From assembly GCA_050273025.1 (NCBI GenBank), contig CP158635.1, positions 14,632,001-14,696,000 on the forward strand: 64,000 bases of DNA, given 5' to 3'. This DNA comes from Cenococcum geophilum (lineage: Eukaryota). The position numbers were made by a program, and so were the translations under genes. Numbering within the stretch: the first letter of the stretch is position 1; every line of letters begins with the position of its first letter. The notes under the pieces are model-generated. The model had not been told where the DNA came from and did no database searches. It saw only the letters and a list, made by a program, of their open reading frames with translations. This document shows positions 1 through 11,600 of this stretch, one piece after another.

Positions 1-983
1 TATTAAAGAACTTCTTAGCTTATAAGCTATCTTATTACTACCTATAGGCCTCTACTTATAGAAAGTACTTAGGTAATATTGTTTATGCCTATACTAGTAA
101 ATAGCTAGTACCTTACTAAGCGGTAACTGTAGAATAGTAATATATAGCGTATTAACTAAATAGGCCACCCGTATATATATTAAGGTAAGGTATTTAAAAT
201 ATAGATGCTTACTAGCTATATATTTAGGCCTAAAACCTCTATTTATAGTAGAAAGGCAACTATAGATTTTACCTTTATTAGTATTAACTATAGGGTGTTC
301 TTTATAGCTGCGTCTTATATTTTCGCTACCTCCTTCTATTATCGCTTTTATTTAAGATCTACCTATATTATAATTAGTGTAGTAGATTTCTATCTATATT
401 AGTAACCTTTTATCCTCTATTACTATTATAGCGCTCTAATAGTATAGCGTTAGGTCTCCGCCTAGTAAGCTAATAGTTTCTATATTTCCTTTTCTCTCTT
501 TACTACTTATAGGTAGTAGGCTTCCTAGCTAGTATATTTAGGCGTATTACCTCTTTAAGGAGCTATCGCTTCTTATATATATATCTTATTCCTTATATAT
601 ATTTTAGTATTTAGTATATATTTTCTTCTACTAGGTAGCCTTATACTATAACTACTCTCTATATAGTAGTTAAGTTACTATATAAGTCTAGTAGTAGAAC
701 TACTACTTCGCGTTTTAATATAGCGCGTAGTATTCTTTTATAGGCCCCTATAGTTCTATATAGGCACTAGTTTTATAGCTTAGCTAGTAGCGCTAGTAAG
801 CTTTTTACTAGTACCTTACCGCCTAGTCCTAAGCCCTAGATTTAGGAGCCGTATAGTATTATTAGCCTTACTACTACTATATATAGTAGGCGTATATATT
901 TAAAAGAGGGTCCTTATATTAAGGTAGTAATTTATAATACTACCAAAAATACTACTACTTCTCTATAAGTCGCCTATATAATA
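1..983 (-). mobile_element. LINE family A (Tad1-like) copy 1, ORF2 C-terminal segment; runs off the window start
   Basis: Minus-strand translation with RIP reversed gives K.ESTVAFLLRTEVLGLNAWLASIH...CTCGWPTQ.VRHILLFC, the CCHC C-terminus of fungal LINE ORF2. Homologous to 7200-7475, 15484-16000, 18400-19075 and 37000-37430. Confidence 0.85.
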
Positions 984-1229
984 ATAATAATAATTTATTA
1001 CTTAACGTCCGATTTAGATCCCTATTAGGCCTATATAGACTACTCCTTATTTACATATGGGGAGAAAACTCTATTTAAGAAAAATAAGAAAACCCTATAA
1101 TCCATCTCCCCGCCTTTTAGGACTCGCCTACTTAACGCCTATAAGTCGCCTATAGTGCTCTACTACCTTACTATTTAACCTCCTTGGGAACTACTGCTGC
1201 CGTAATAAGCCTACGGACGCGCTAGTATT

Positions 1230-4200
1230 ATAAACTATTACTCTACTACTATAGAGTTACTAGGGGGCACCTGCTGCTCGCCCTCTTGCCTTCTATTACT
1301 ATTTCCCTTATAACCCGGAACTAATTTAGCATATTTTAACTAATAAGCCACTAGGTAACCGCCTTAAGGCCTTTTTATGTTAAGAGTAGTGTATTATAGT
1401 TCTCTGTGCCAGCTGCTAAGAGTATTATTTCTTAATTGGTGCGTAGGGGGCATAGCAGTATTATGTGTTTTGGTGTCTGTCTTAGCTAGCTATATTTATA
1501 TCTTAGGCTACCTACTAGAATACCCACCTAGTAAAGCCAATCTTTTAGTCCTATTATTCCTATTCTTAAGAGTGTTGCTATTATATTTTCTACCTTTATT
1601 AGGCCTTCTCGGAGCCCTTAGGTATTTACCCCCTATAGTATTAACTATGCTATAGCTTAGGTTCGTCTTGCCTAAGTTAGCCTCTATACCTTTAACTCCC
1701 ATTTACCTCTCTAGCGTTAGTCCAACTAGTATTATATTACGGTAGATGGTTTCCTAGCGTTCTTATATATTCTACTTTAGCTCCTTTCTCTGTCTTATTA
1801 TTATCTTTACTAACCTCTTACGCGTCTCCCTTTCTCCTCTATATAGGCCTAGGCCCTAAAGCAGCACTATTCTTCTTCTACTTTCTTTACCTATTTCTCT
1901 AATATCTCTTCCCTACTTTAGGGTTGTTAGTTTATTCTCCTATAGGGTACCCTAGGGTTCCTTTATAGTTTACTTAGGCGTGTCTTAATATACTTTATAA
2001 CATTAGAGTTGTGTTTATTTTACGTCCTTTATATTATAGTAGCTTTAATATATAACTATAGGGGGGGAGTATTAGATTCCTTCTTAAGTAGTACTATAGC
2101 CATTCGCTTATACCCGCCTATAATACTTTAAAGGCAGGCTATCTAGACCTTTTAAAGTGGTTTAAGGAGTGATTTAGGGGGGCCCTTTTTAGTTTCTCTA
2201 ATGGCCCAAATACTAGATCTATATGTTATGGTTAGCTAGACAACTGCTATATATAATAGGCGTAACCTTTAGAAGTATGGACCCTATCTAGAATTAATAA
2301 TCCTAGATAAAGCAATATACTGTGCTTGGCCTTTACGGGCCGCTTACGCCGTATATACGCTTTACTAGAGCTTACTATCTACCTATACTCCTAATACCCT
2401 TAGGCCCTAAACTAGTTAACCCCTAAAGCCTTAAATGCGAATTATATGCTAGAGATCTGCAGATTAGTTGCGTTTTCTTATAAAATGGATTAGCTAGTAT
2501 TTCTCTAGTAAAAATTGGACTCTATAATATTTTGCCTATTCTATATAAGTGTTATAGGCTTTCTCTAGTATTCTATAATTCTCTATGGCTATTAGCCCAT
2601 ATATAATTAGGTTTATATTATTAATAAAGCCTATCCCCTGGGTTGCCCCTTCCTTAAAGAAGTTAAGCAGGTTGCTTATAAAGAAAAGGAAGAGTATAGG
2701 CGAGAGGGGTAATCCTTATGGTATTTCTATTGTAACTATAATGGGGGGGCTCTGGTATCTGCTAAAGACTAGTAATATTTCTTTCTAGCCTATAAACCCT
2801 TAGATAAATTATATAATCTATTCTAAAAAGCCCTTTACCCTAAGGATATACAGGAGACGCTTATAGGGTATATTATTATAGGCACCACTAATATCTAGGC
2901 TAAGCATTAATATTACAAAGTCCTTTTGTATCGCCTATGCAGATTTAATAGTGGCAGCGAGTAGCGTAAGTGCTAATAGTATTAAGTAGTTCTTTCTTGC
3001 CCCTATTTAGCTTTATAGTAATAGGGCGTGTTCCTCTACCGTGTCTACTATATATTCCGCTATTACCCTTTCTAAGATCTTGCTAAGGGTATTTTCTAAG
3101 GCAATAGGGCAGTAGCTTCCTGGGATTAAGTAATCTGCTTTACCTTTTTTTTATAGGACAACTATTATTATAGATCTTTCGAGTTGCGGGTAGTAGCCTA
3201 TAGTAAAGTATGCTCTAGCTATATCTACAAGCTAAGGTGCTATAAGTAGCCTATAGGTTTTTAGGGCCTTATTTAGAATCCTATCTAGTCCTAGTACTAT
3301 ATTATTTAAAAGGCGGCTAATAGTTCTAGCCATTTCCTCTATTATTATATCGCTGTTAATCCGTAGGTAAGTCACCGGTATTTCGCCTGTAATATTACTA
3401 AGGTCTACTAGAGCCAGTTAGGGGAAGAACCTTTCTATAAGGATCTTTACCTTCTTATCGTTATTATTTATAGCCTATAATTCTCCTGCTCTTTATAGGG
3501 GTGGTAGGTATAGGTCTTCTACTAAGCGCCCTACCTTTTTCTTTACCCATTTCGCCATAGCCTAAAGGCCCTTATTATGGGGGAGGCTCGGGTTAAAAGT
3601 ATACTCGTTTATAAACCGTCTCCAGTTATTCCTTACTTCTTTTTTTAGGGTATTCTTTAGCTGGTTTCTTATGTCTTTATATTGTCTCTCGTTTTTAAGG
3701 TTGTGGCTACTTATATATTTCCTTTTTACTTATTATTGGCTAGTAACCAGAACTGCGTATTATATAGACCATACGTGTCGCGTATAGGGGCCCGGTTTTA
3801 AGATCGGGCAGTGCTCTTTTAGCCTATTTTTAATTGCTGCCTAGATTCTTTTTAGTCTTCGGTTAATTTCCTTAGGGGTAGCTAATAAGCCTCGCTTGTT
3901 TAGTATTAGGTGGATTTCTTCTAGGTCTTAAAGTTATTATTTAACTATATTAAGGAAACTATCTGTCTTAAGCTTCCTTATTATATATCTTTTTCTATTT
4001 AGTTATGCTTTAGTATTTAGGTCTAGCTATATCTAAATAGGGATATAGTCTAGGGTAAGTGCCTATTCTTCTTTAAGGTTGCACCTTTTAAGTCTCTGGT
4101 ATAGGCCTTTATCTATAAATATAAGGTTAATTATACTTCTGGCGGTGCCTCATTGCCATATAATTGCTTCTAGGGGGGTAGCTAGCTTAAGGCCCTAGAT

Positions 4201-4690
4201 ATCTATAGCTCTTAATAGGCACTTTAACTATTAATCTATAGCAATATAGATACCCCCTTACCGCGGGTAGTAGAAGTTTATGTCTCCTAGTAAGATAGAC
4301 TCTATACCTTTGGTTTCTAGTAAGCTTATTACCAATATAATATTCTCTATTTATAGGACCCCTTCGACCCTAGGGTTATATACATTAATAATTTATACCG
4401 GTCCCCTATATATTTAGATTATTATAACTACAATATCTGGGTTAACTGCCTGCTATAACTATAAGGATAGGCTAATAGCCTTACTAATTATAAAGCACAC
4501 GTATATAGCTACTTTTGGTTTATATAGAAGCTAGAATCCTTAGGGGCAGTATATTAATTATATAAAGGTATTATAATACGGTTCTTGTATAGTAAGGATA
4601 TAGTATTTCTCTAGGTCTAAACTGTCTAGTAGGGGCCTTGTAAGGCGGTGGTTTGTGTTGCCGCAGTTATATTATATAATAGATAGGTAG
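1230..4690 (-). pseudogene. LINE-B ORF2 (APE endonuclease, reverse transcriptase, CCHC), RIP-inactivated
   Basis: LSII*YNCGN..ILTIQEP (~4580-4690); KKGKADYLIPGSYCPIALENTLSKILE (~3070-3160); MLSLDISGAYNN (~2880-2910); IP*GLPLSPILFLFF (~2680-2730); GFINNINL, read as GFVDDTNL (~2605-2630); RYKYS*LRQTPKHIILLC, read as RCECGWPRQTPKHIILLC (~1450-1505). Confidence 0.9.
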
Positions 4691-4699
4691 CGGACCCCC

Positions 4700-6450
4700 G
4701 GCAAGGGTCCTTTAACTTTCCTTTATTCCTCGCTTCTTTTATTTCTACTTTCTTTAGGATATTTAGAGCTTCTGTCTCTTATATCTATACCCTAGTTACT
4801 ACTTATTTTATATAAAGCTTTCCATTCCCATGTTTTATATTCCTATTAGCGCTTCTATATCTAAATCTATTATTATTACCAGTTCTTCCCCTATTCTTAC
4901 TAGTTAGCTATATACCCTTTATAGGTTGGCTATAAATATTATATTTACCGCATTAAGTCTAATTCTTAATTATTCTGGTTTTAAGCCTACTATTACTGTT
5001 TATAGGGGTCTTCCTACGGGGCGTCCTCCCCTTATATCCCCTGTGACCCTTATATCCCTAATTAGTCTAGTAATATTACACGGCGTCGCTTCTGGCCTAT
5101 TAAGGCTTAGGATAGCTGGCCTAGCCCTCTAGTATTAAAGGTAGGAAACGCTAGGAAGGCGCCTACGTCCCCCTAGCTTATTACTTATTGTTTCTATTCA
5201 TATAACCTAGCGTACAGTTATTTCCACAGCTATTAAGCCCTTACCTTCCATCTCCTATATTTAATACAGTCTTCTCTCTCCTACGCCTTATATGTGCTTC
5301 GGTAGCAGTTTACGCATTTTATTTAGTCTTGATTTAAGTAATATCTTATATTGTAGGGGCCTGTATAGTGGCCGCAGCATACCTATACTACGTATATAGA
5401 TTAGGTATGTCCCCATTATATATAGCGATAGCATTATTTTAGGCGTAGTCTGTGGTTATAGAGCCTTGTGTTATATATAAGGCCATTTATAATTATTCCT
5501 TTTTAGATAAAGAGTTTTTGCATTCCTAGTATATATATACTAACAATAAGGGAGCTATGCGTTCGTCCGGTGTCTCCCTAGTAAGTCTTTAGCAACCCTT
5601 ATATCCTCTTATTATTCTTATTATATACTTAGTTTGTATTTTCCTATTAAAGCTATTAGATTTAGGTGATTTCGAGTCCTAGTATAAGGCGTTCCGTTTG
5701 TCTTACTATCTCCTATATAATTACTATATTGTCTGCCTAGCGTCCCTTTTCTACCCTAAGGCTTATAGGAACTACTAGGACTTTAACTAGGTAATCCTTA
5801 TAAAGTACTTTAATGCTAATATATTCTCCTAGCCTATCCCCTACCCTTATAGCTTATTCCTTTACCTATTAGTCCTTTAGGGTAACTCTAATATCTCCGC
5901 TCTTAAGGTATTGGACTATAATAGCATTATAGACCTCTTTACGTATCTCTATAAGGACTTCTGTTTCTAATTATCCCCTAAGCCCCTCTACTTATTCTGT
6001 GTTTAGTTATATTATAATTATATACCCAGTTGTTAACTTAAGGGGGGTAGGTTCCCTATGCTATAAAAGCGTAGCTATAGCGGCCCAGGTGCGGTTCGCC
6101 GGTAAGGGGGGGTTATACTTATTTTTAATTTTGCTTAGCCATTAGAGAATTTAATTAAGGGTTTACTAGAGAGGCGCCTAAGGTTTACTAAACTAGCGGA
6201 GCTATTCTACTAGCTGTATTAGTTTATTATAGCTAACAGTTACTCCCCCACAATTTTAGATACTAGACGCGTCTAATAGGCTTTATATTTTATTAGATGC
6301 CTTCTTAATAGAGGTATTTCCGCTTTATAGTATGGTATTCGCCCGTCTTTATTATAGAGGGCTATTGCTAGGCGTAGTTCTAGCGGTCGCGCGCAAGTGC
6401 GAGCTACTGTTGTTTAACGTGTGCCTCCCCTGCGATATATACATCTTAGG
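4700..6450 (-). pseudogene. LINE-B ORF1 (gag-like, zinc knuckles), RIP-inactivated
   Basis: *CYRYI*WGHT*SIY...CGHYTGPY at ~5350-5440 reads as QCYRC.QWGHTQS.C...CGHC.GPH (CX2CX4HX4C knuckles). Boundaries approximate. Confidence 0.75.
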
Positions 6451-6556
6451 GGGATTCTCTAGGTGTTTTTTAGGGTTCTTTTAGTTGGTTTTGGTCTTTT
6501 TGGGCCGGGTGCAGCAAGAGCTCCTTTTGCTATTTTGGTGTTGTTGTAGGGAGTAG

Positions 6557-6872
6557 AAGTCGCCTATATAATATACTTGTTTTAGTTTAACCTAGAGTTT
6601 ATTTAAACCCTTAAGGGTAGCTTCTAGTTTTACTTCGCAGCTCTAGATATTTACTATTAAGGCTAGGTCGCTACTTACCCTTTTTTCCCTTATAAAGTAG
6701 ATAAGCTAGTAATTATCTAATACAAATTTAGCGCTATATTGTTTTGCCTATATAATGTACCTATTATATACCTGGTTTAGCCTAGTATAGTTTTCTACTA
6801 CTATATTTCCCTATATAATTAAGTTTATATTATCTATAAATTCTAGAACTATTATATCCTAGCTATTATTAT
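6557..6872 (-). mobile_element. LINE-A copy 1, RT segment between two nested insertions
   Basis: Encodes VLEFIDNINLII (read as VLGFVDDTNLI). It reads in frame from the 16007-16080 segment once LINE-A copy 2 is removed. 6557-6720 is the reverse complement of 18236-18405. Confidence 0.85.
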
Positions 6873-7475
6873 TATTATTTATTTATTCTATTTATTGCCC
6901 GATTTAGTCCCTTTACTAGGTCTATATAGGCTTCTACCTTCTATTTATAGGAAAAATCCCTAATAAGGGAAAAACCTAAGTGTATCCTTTTAGCTAGTCT
7001 TACGCGCTCCGCCTACGCCTAGCCTATTTACCTTTATAATATATTTACCTTTTATACTATACTTCTAAGGTATTTTAGAAGGTTTAGGGGGTAGTAGAAG
7101 GGTATAGTAAGTCGCCTATAAGCCGCCTTTAGCTTAGTAGGGTTGTTTAGTCCCTAAGGGGCTAAAAAGGGGCGTATTCCCCTATGTCCTCCTATTAGAT
7201 CTTATACGCTATCTAAAACTACTAGAGGACTTCTTAACCTATAAACTATTATACTGTTTTATATAGGCCCCTACTTATAAATAGTATTTAGGTAATATTA
7301 TTTATACCCGCCCTAGTAAATAGCTAGTCTTTTACTATATAGTAGTTATAGAAGAGTATTATATAGCGTACTAACTATATAGGCTATTTATACGTATGGT
7401 ATAGTATAGTATAGTATAGTATTTAGGATATAGATGCTTACTAGATATACGTTTAGTTCTAAGACCTCTATCTAT
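6873..7475 (-). mobile_element. LINE-A copy 2 (5'-truncated), 3' end and tail
   Basis: (ATT)n tail and 3' UTR match the reverse complement of 37430-37728. TSD CTAGCTATTATTAT at 6859-6872 and 16007-16020. Confidence 0.85.
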
Positions 7476-7896
7476 TATAACGGAGCCTTATAGTAGGGAC
7501 TACGGTAGACTTGTTATTGGGCTAGGTATGTAGGTATTATAAGTAAGTCAACAACGTAATAATAACTGGTGGAGTGGTTGCCTAATAGATGAACTCTAAT
7601 TGTATTCTAAGAATTACTATAAAGAAGGAACTATCTAGGTAGGGACTAAGGGTCCTTAAATACACAACTATACTTCTATAAAATCCTCCTTATATGTAAT
7701 ATACGTGTTATATATAAGGTACGTAAGTTCCCTTCGTTCCTTGCGTCCCTTACGTAGCACCTTATATAACCTTAGCTACCATTCCTTGTTATATAGTTCT
7801 ACGGGTTCTATTTTGGACCGTGCTTATATTAACTAACTAGCTTCTTCTAATTCTTCTCTAAGTAGTCGTAATATCGTACTTAAGGCGTCCGTAATA
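7476..7896 (-). repeat. G1 3' LTR
   Basis: Direct repeat of 15063-15483; RIP-altered TG..CA ends (TATAACGG...CCGTAATA). Confidence 0.95.
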
Positions 7897-8004
7897 CCAT
7901 CTCCCTCCTCTCTATCTTCGTCCTTGAAGATACCTAGCATCTCTAAGTCGTTTATTAGAGGTGTGATATCCGTTTAATTAATTTGGTTAATATTGTTACT
8001 TATA

Positions 8005-8660
8005 ATGCCTAAAGCCTCTTCTTCTTCACACGCGCAACGTCGTGCTCGTACTATTGCTGCAATTTTGTCGCTTAGTGAAATAATACTATCTCCGTGTTCT
8101 TGTTGCTTAAAAGAGGGGTTGGTCTATATTGCGTTAGTAAGTTCTTTATCTTGGCAACCCTTCTTTTATTTAGAGTGTACTAAAGCAAACGTTTAATTAT
8201 TCTGCGATATTTGTTCTACTTTTAACGCTAAGTATACGCGTTTTATAACTCTTAATAGCCTCTAAGTTCCCTAAGTAATTTATTATAGGGTCTCGTATTT
8301 AATCTGCTACTACGAAGCTTAATAGCAACCTAGCGTAGGCTTTTATTAAGCTTAAGTGTTCTTAGGATGCGGAATAGAAGGCCCTGGATGCTTATATTGC
8401 GGCGTTTACCTATCTACTTTGTCTTAAGAAAGTGCGTAAGAAGGTTTATTTAAAGGAGTAGAAACTTATAGAATAAGGTCTGTAGGAACTTAGTAATAAA
8501 AGAACGGATTCTCTTCTAATAGGGAAGGAAATAACTCTGCGTAGTTTAGCAGTCGCTCTTCCTAGGTCCCCTTTAGGTAACTTATTCTTTAGTATTTCTT
8601 CTTTATTAATATTGTATAACCTTTTCTCTTCTAATACTCCTATACCTTTTCTATAGCGTT
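8005..8660 (+). pseudogene. Antisense two-exon accessory gene of G1: Zn2Cys6-like motif plus coiled coil
   Basis: ATG at 8005, MPKASSSSHAQRRAR. Motif C-x2-C-x6-C-x13-C-x2-C-x8-C with 4 Cys intact and 2 as TAT. A 55-bp intron at 8234-8288 (donor ATACGC, inferred from GTACGC; acceptor TAG) restores a Trp codon and the frame into a helical exon 2 (A.LLRL.KVRKKV..KE.KL.E.GL.EL). Confidence 0.7.
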
Positions 8661-11600
8661 CTTTAGGTTTTCTAGTAGTTCCTAGGTAGTCTTATTGTAG
8701 CCTATCTACTTTACTTTATACTATATCTTATTATCTATATCCTTATAACTAACGATCTTTAAAACTTACTATTTATCTTTCTTTTGTCCTCTATATATGT
8801 CTGCCTTATAGACCGGTAGCTTAATATTTCTGTATACTGGCTTTAGCATTATAATATACTATATAGGGTAGATCTTTATCCTAGCTAGTAGGTTTAACTT
8901 AAATATAACTGATGAAATTTTCTGTATAATTTTGAAAGGTCCTAGTCTAACGTAGTCTAACTTCTTGCTTAGTCGTCGACTTTTAAAATTTTTGTATAGT
9001 AGCTATACTTTATCTCCCTCCTTAAGATCTAGTCCCTTAGATCTCCTAGTATCGTAGTACTTTTTTATTCTTTACTGTACCACTTTAGCTATTTCCGTAA
9101 GGTCTATATAAAGATTTATTAAACTCTTTATTCTTTACTTAGCTGTGCTATTTATCTTTTTTACTTAATGTAGCGATAATAAGGTTCTTGGCTTATACCC
9201 GTAATTCGCCTTAAATAGTGACGTACCCATTTCTTCTTATAGTGTTATATTGTATGTAAACTGTATAACTAGTAATAGCGATACCTAATTATTCTGTGCG
9301 TGATTAACGTAATGTCTTAGATACTATTTTAGTGTCTAATTTAATCTTTTTATTTAACTGTTTGTCTGTAGATAATACGCGGTAGAAGTTACTACTTGAA
9401 CTCCTTGCTTTGCTAAGAATATTTCCTAAAATACTGCTACGAATCTTAGATCTTTGTCTAATATAATCTTACTTAGTGCTCTATGTTTTACAAATACTTC
9501 TTTTATATAGATTTTAGCGATATCTTCCGCTAATATTTCTTCCGTGTATGCTATAAAGTATTCCCACTTTATAAGCTTGTCTACTATTACTAGAATTACA
9601 TTATAATCTTATCCGGTAATAGGGTTTTTTGACTTTAGTAACTTAATAATAAAGTCCTATAATATAACCTCCTATAGTCTCTCTAGTATTTTAATAGGTT
9701 GTAGCTCTCTATATGGCTTATACCTTATTAGTTTATTTCTTTAGTAATTTAAATATTCTTTTGTAACTTGCCTAGCTAGTCCCTAAATTCTATTAATAAT
9801 ATACTCTTCCTAAAGTCTTAATACTAAGCCTATAGCTCTGTTATGTCCTTAAGTTAGTCCTTTATAAAATGACTTAATAAACTCTTTTGCAATAGTTCTT
9901 GGTACGTATATTGCTTTTTAATTTTCGTACTACTCTAAGTCTAGATCCTCTATTTGTATATTTAAGATCTTTTGTTTCTAATTACTTTTTAGTAATTTAT
10001 AGATCTTTTCTTTTTATAGTACTATAATCTTTAGATGATTGTATTTAATTAGTCTATCTATATCTTTCCGCAATAAAGCCCCTAATGGCTTTTTATTATT
10101 TTATAGTTTAGCCTTTCTACTTAGAGCGTCTGCTTGTATATTCTCTGTACCTTTAGTATACTAAATCTCGAAATAGTATTCTGTAAGTATCTCTGCCCAT
10201 CTAACTTATCTATAATTAAGTTCTTTCGTTATTAGGAACCCTATTAGGTTCTTATAATCTGTCTTAACTATAAATGGTTTTTCTATACCTTGTAAGAATA
10301 ATCTTTATTCCTTTAGTGCTATAACTATACCTAATAACTCCTTATTATATATATTATAGTTTAGTTCTAGTAGTATTATCTTTTAACTGTAGTATGCTAC
10401 TAGGTGCTATCCATCTTAATATTTCTATAGGAAGTACGCTCCTAGTATATAGTCTAATGCATCCGTTTTAACTACTGTCTCTAACTATAGTTAATAGATT
10501 TTAAGAACTAGTTCCTAGGTAAATAACTATTTAATCTTCTTAAACAGTTTCTTTTATTCCTTTCCCTATACCTATAGTTTTTCCTTCTTTATTAATTTTA
10601 TAAGTAGCTTAATATCCTTTAACTATTAAGCTATAAACCTTCTGCAGTAATTACAGAACCCTAGAAATAACCTTAATTACGTTATATTTTCTAGTTCTTG
10701 CTAATTTACTATAGCCTTAATCTTTTTTAGATCTATACTAAGTTGGCCTGGTTTAATAATAAATCTAACAAAATTGGTTTTTCTAGTGAAGAACTTGCAT
10801 TTTTTAATTGCTACTAGCATCTATTCTTCTTATAGTCTCTTTAAAACCTATTTAACGTGTTCTCTATATTCTTTCTTACTTATTAAGTAGATAATAATAT
10901 TATTAAGGTATACTATAATAAATTTATCCAAATACTCTCTTAATATATTATTAATTCGTTTCTAAAACGTTGCCGGTATATTTATAAGCCTAAATTGTAT
11001 AACTAATGGTTTATATAGTCCTTCCTTTAACCTAAAGGCTGCCTTCTATTTATTGCCTTTCTTAATTTTAATCTAATAGTACGCCCATCTTAGATCTATC
11101 TTTGTGAAGATTTGCGCATTACCGATTCTGTCTTAGATTTCGCTAATTAAGGGTAAAGGATACCTATCCTTTCTAGTAATGCTGTTTAACTATCTATAGT
11201 TAATATATAGCCTAAGTTTTCTATTCTTTTTTGGTATAAATAGTACTAGATATCCTGCTAATAACTGTAATAGTCTAATATATCCCTTTTAAAGATTTTC
11301 CTAGATAAACTCCTTAAGTACTTATGACTCTTTTTCTATTAACTTATAAGTTGGGTAGAACCTTAGACTTGTTCCTAGTTCTAACTCTATCTTATAGTCC
11401 TATACTATATAATCTAATAGCTTTTTACTTTCTAGTAACTATAACTTTTTACTATACTTATAGTATCTTTTTAGTATATAGCTTAATCCTTAATTAGTTT
11501 CTTTATATATCACTCTAACTTAGTACCATACTAACTTAGTTTATTATCGCATCTTATGTCATTATATATTTTTAATATTAACCTAACTTATAACCTAATT

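Larger units (their letters stand above)
984..6556 (-). mobile_element. Full-length LINE family B (Tad1-like non-LTR retrotransposon) nested in LINE-A copy 1
   Basis: 17-bp TSD AAGTCGCCTATATAATA at 967-983 and 6557-6573; short (AAT)n tail at the left end; ORF1 and ORF2 motifs on the minus strand. Confidence 0.92.
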
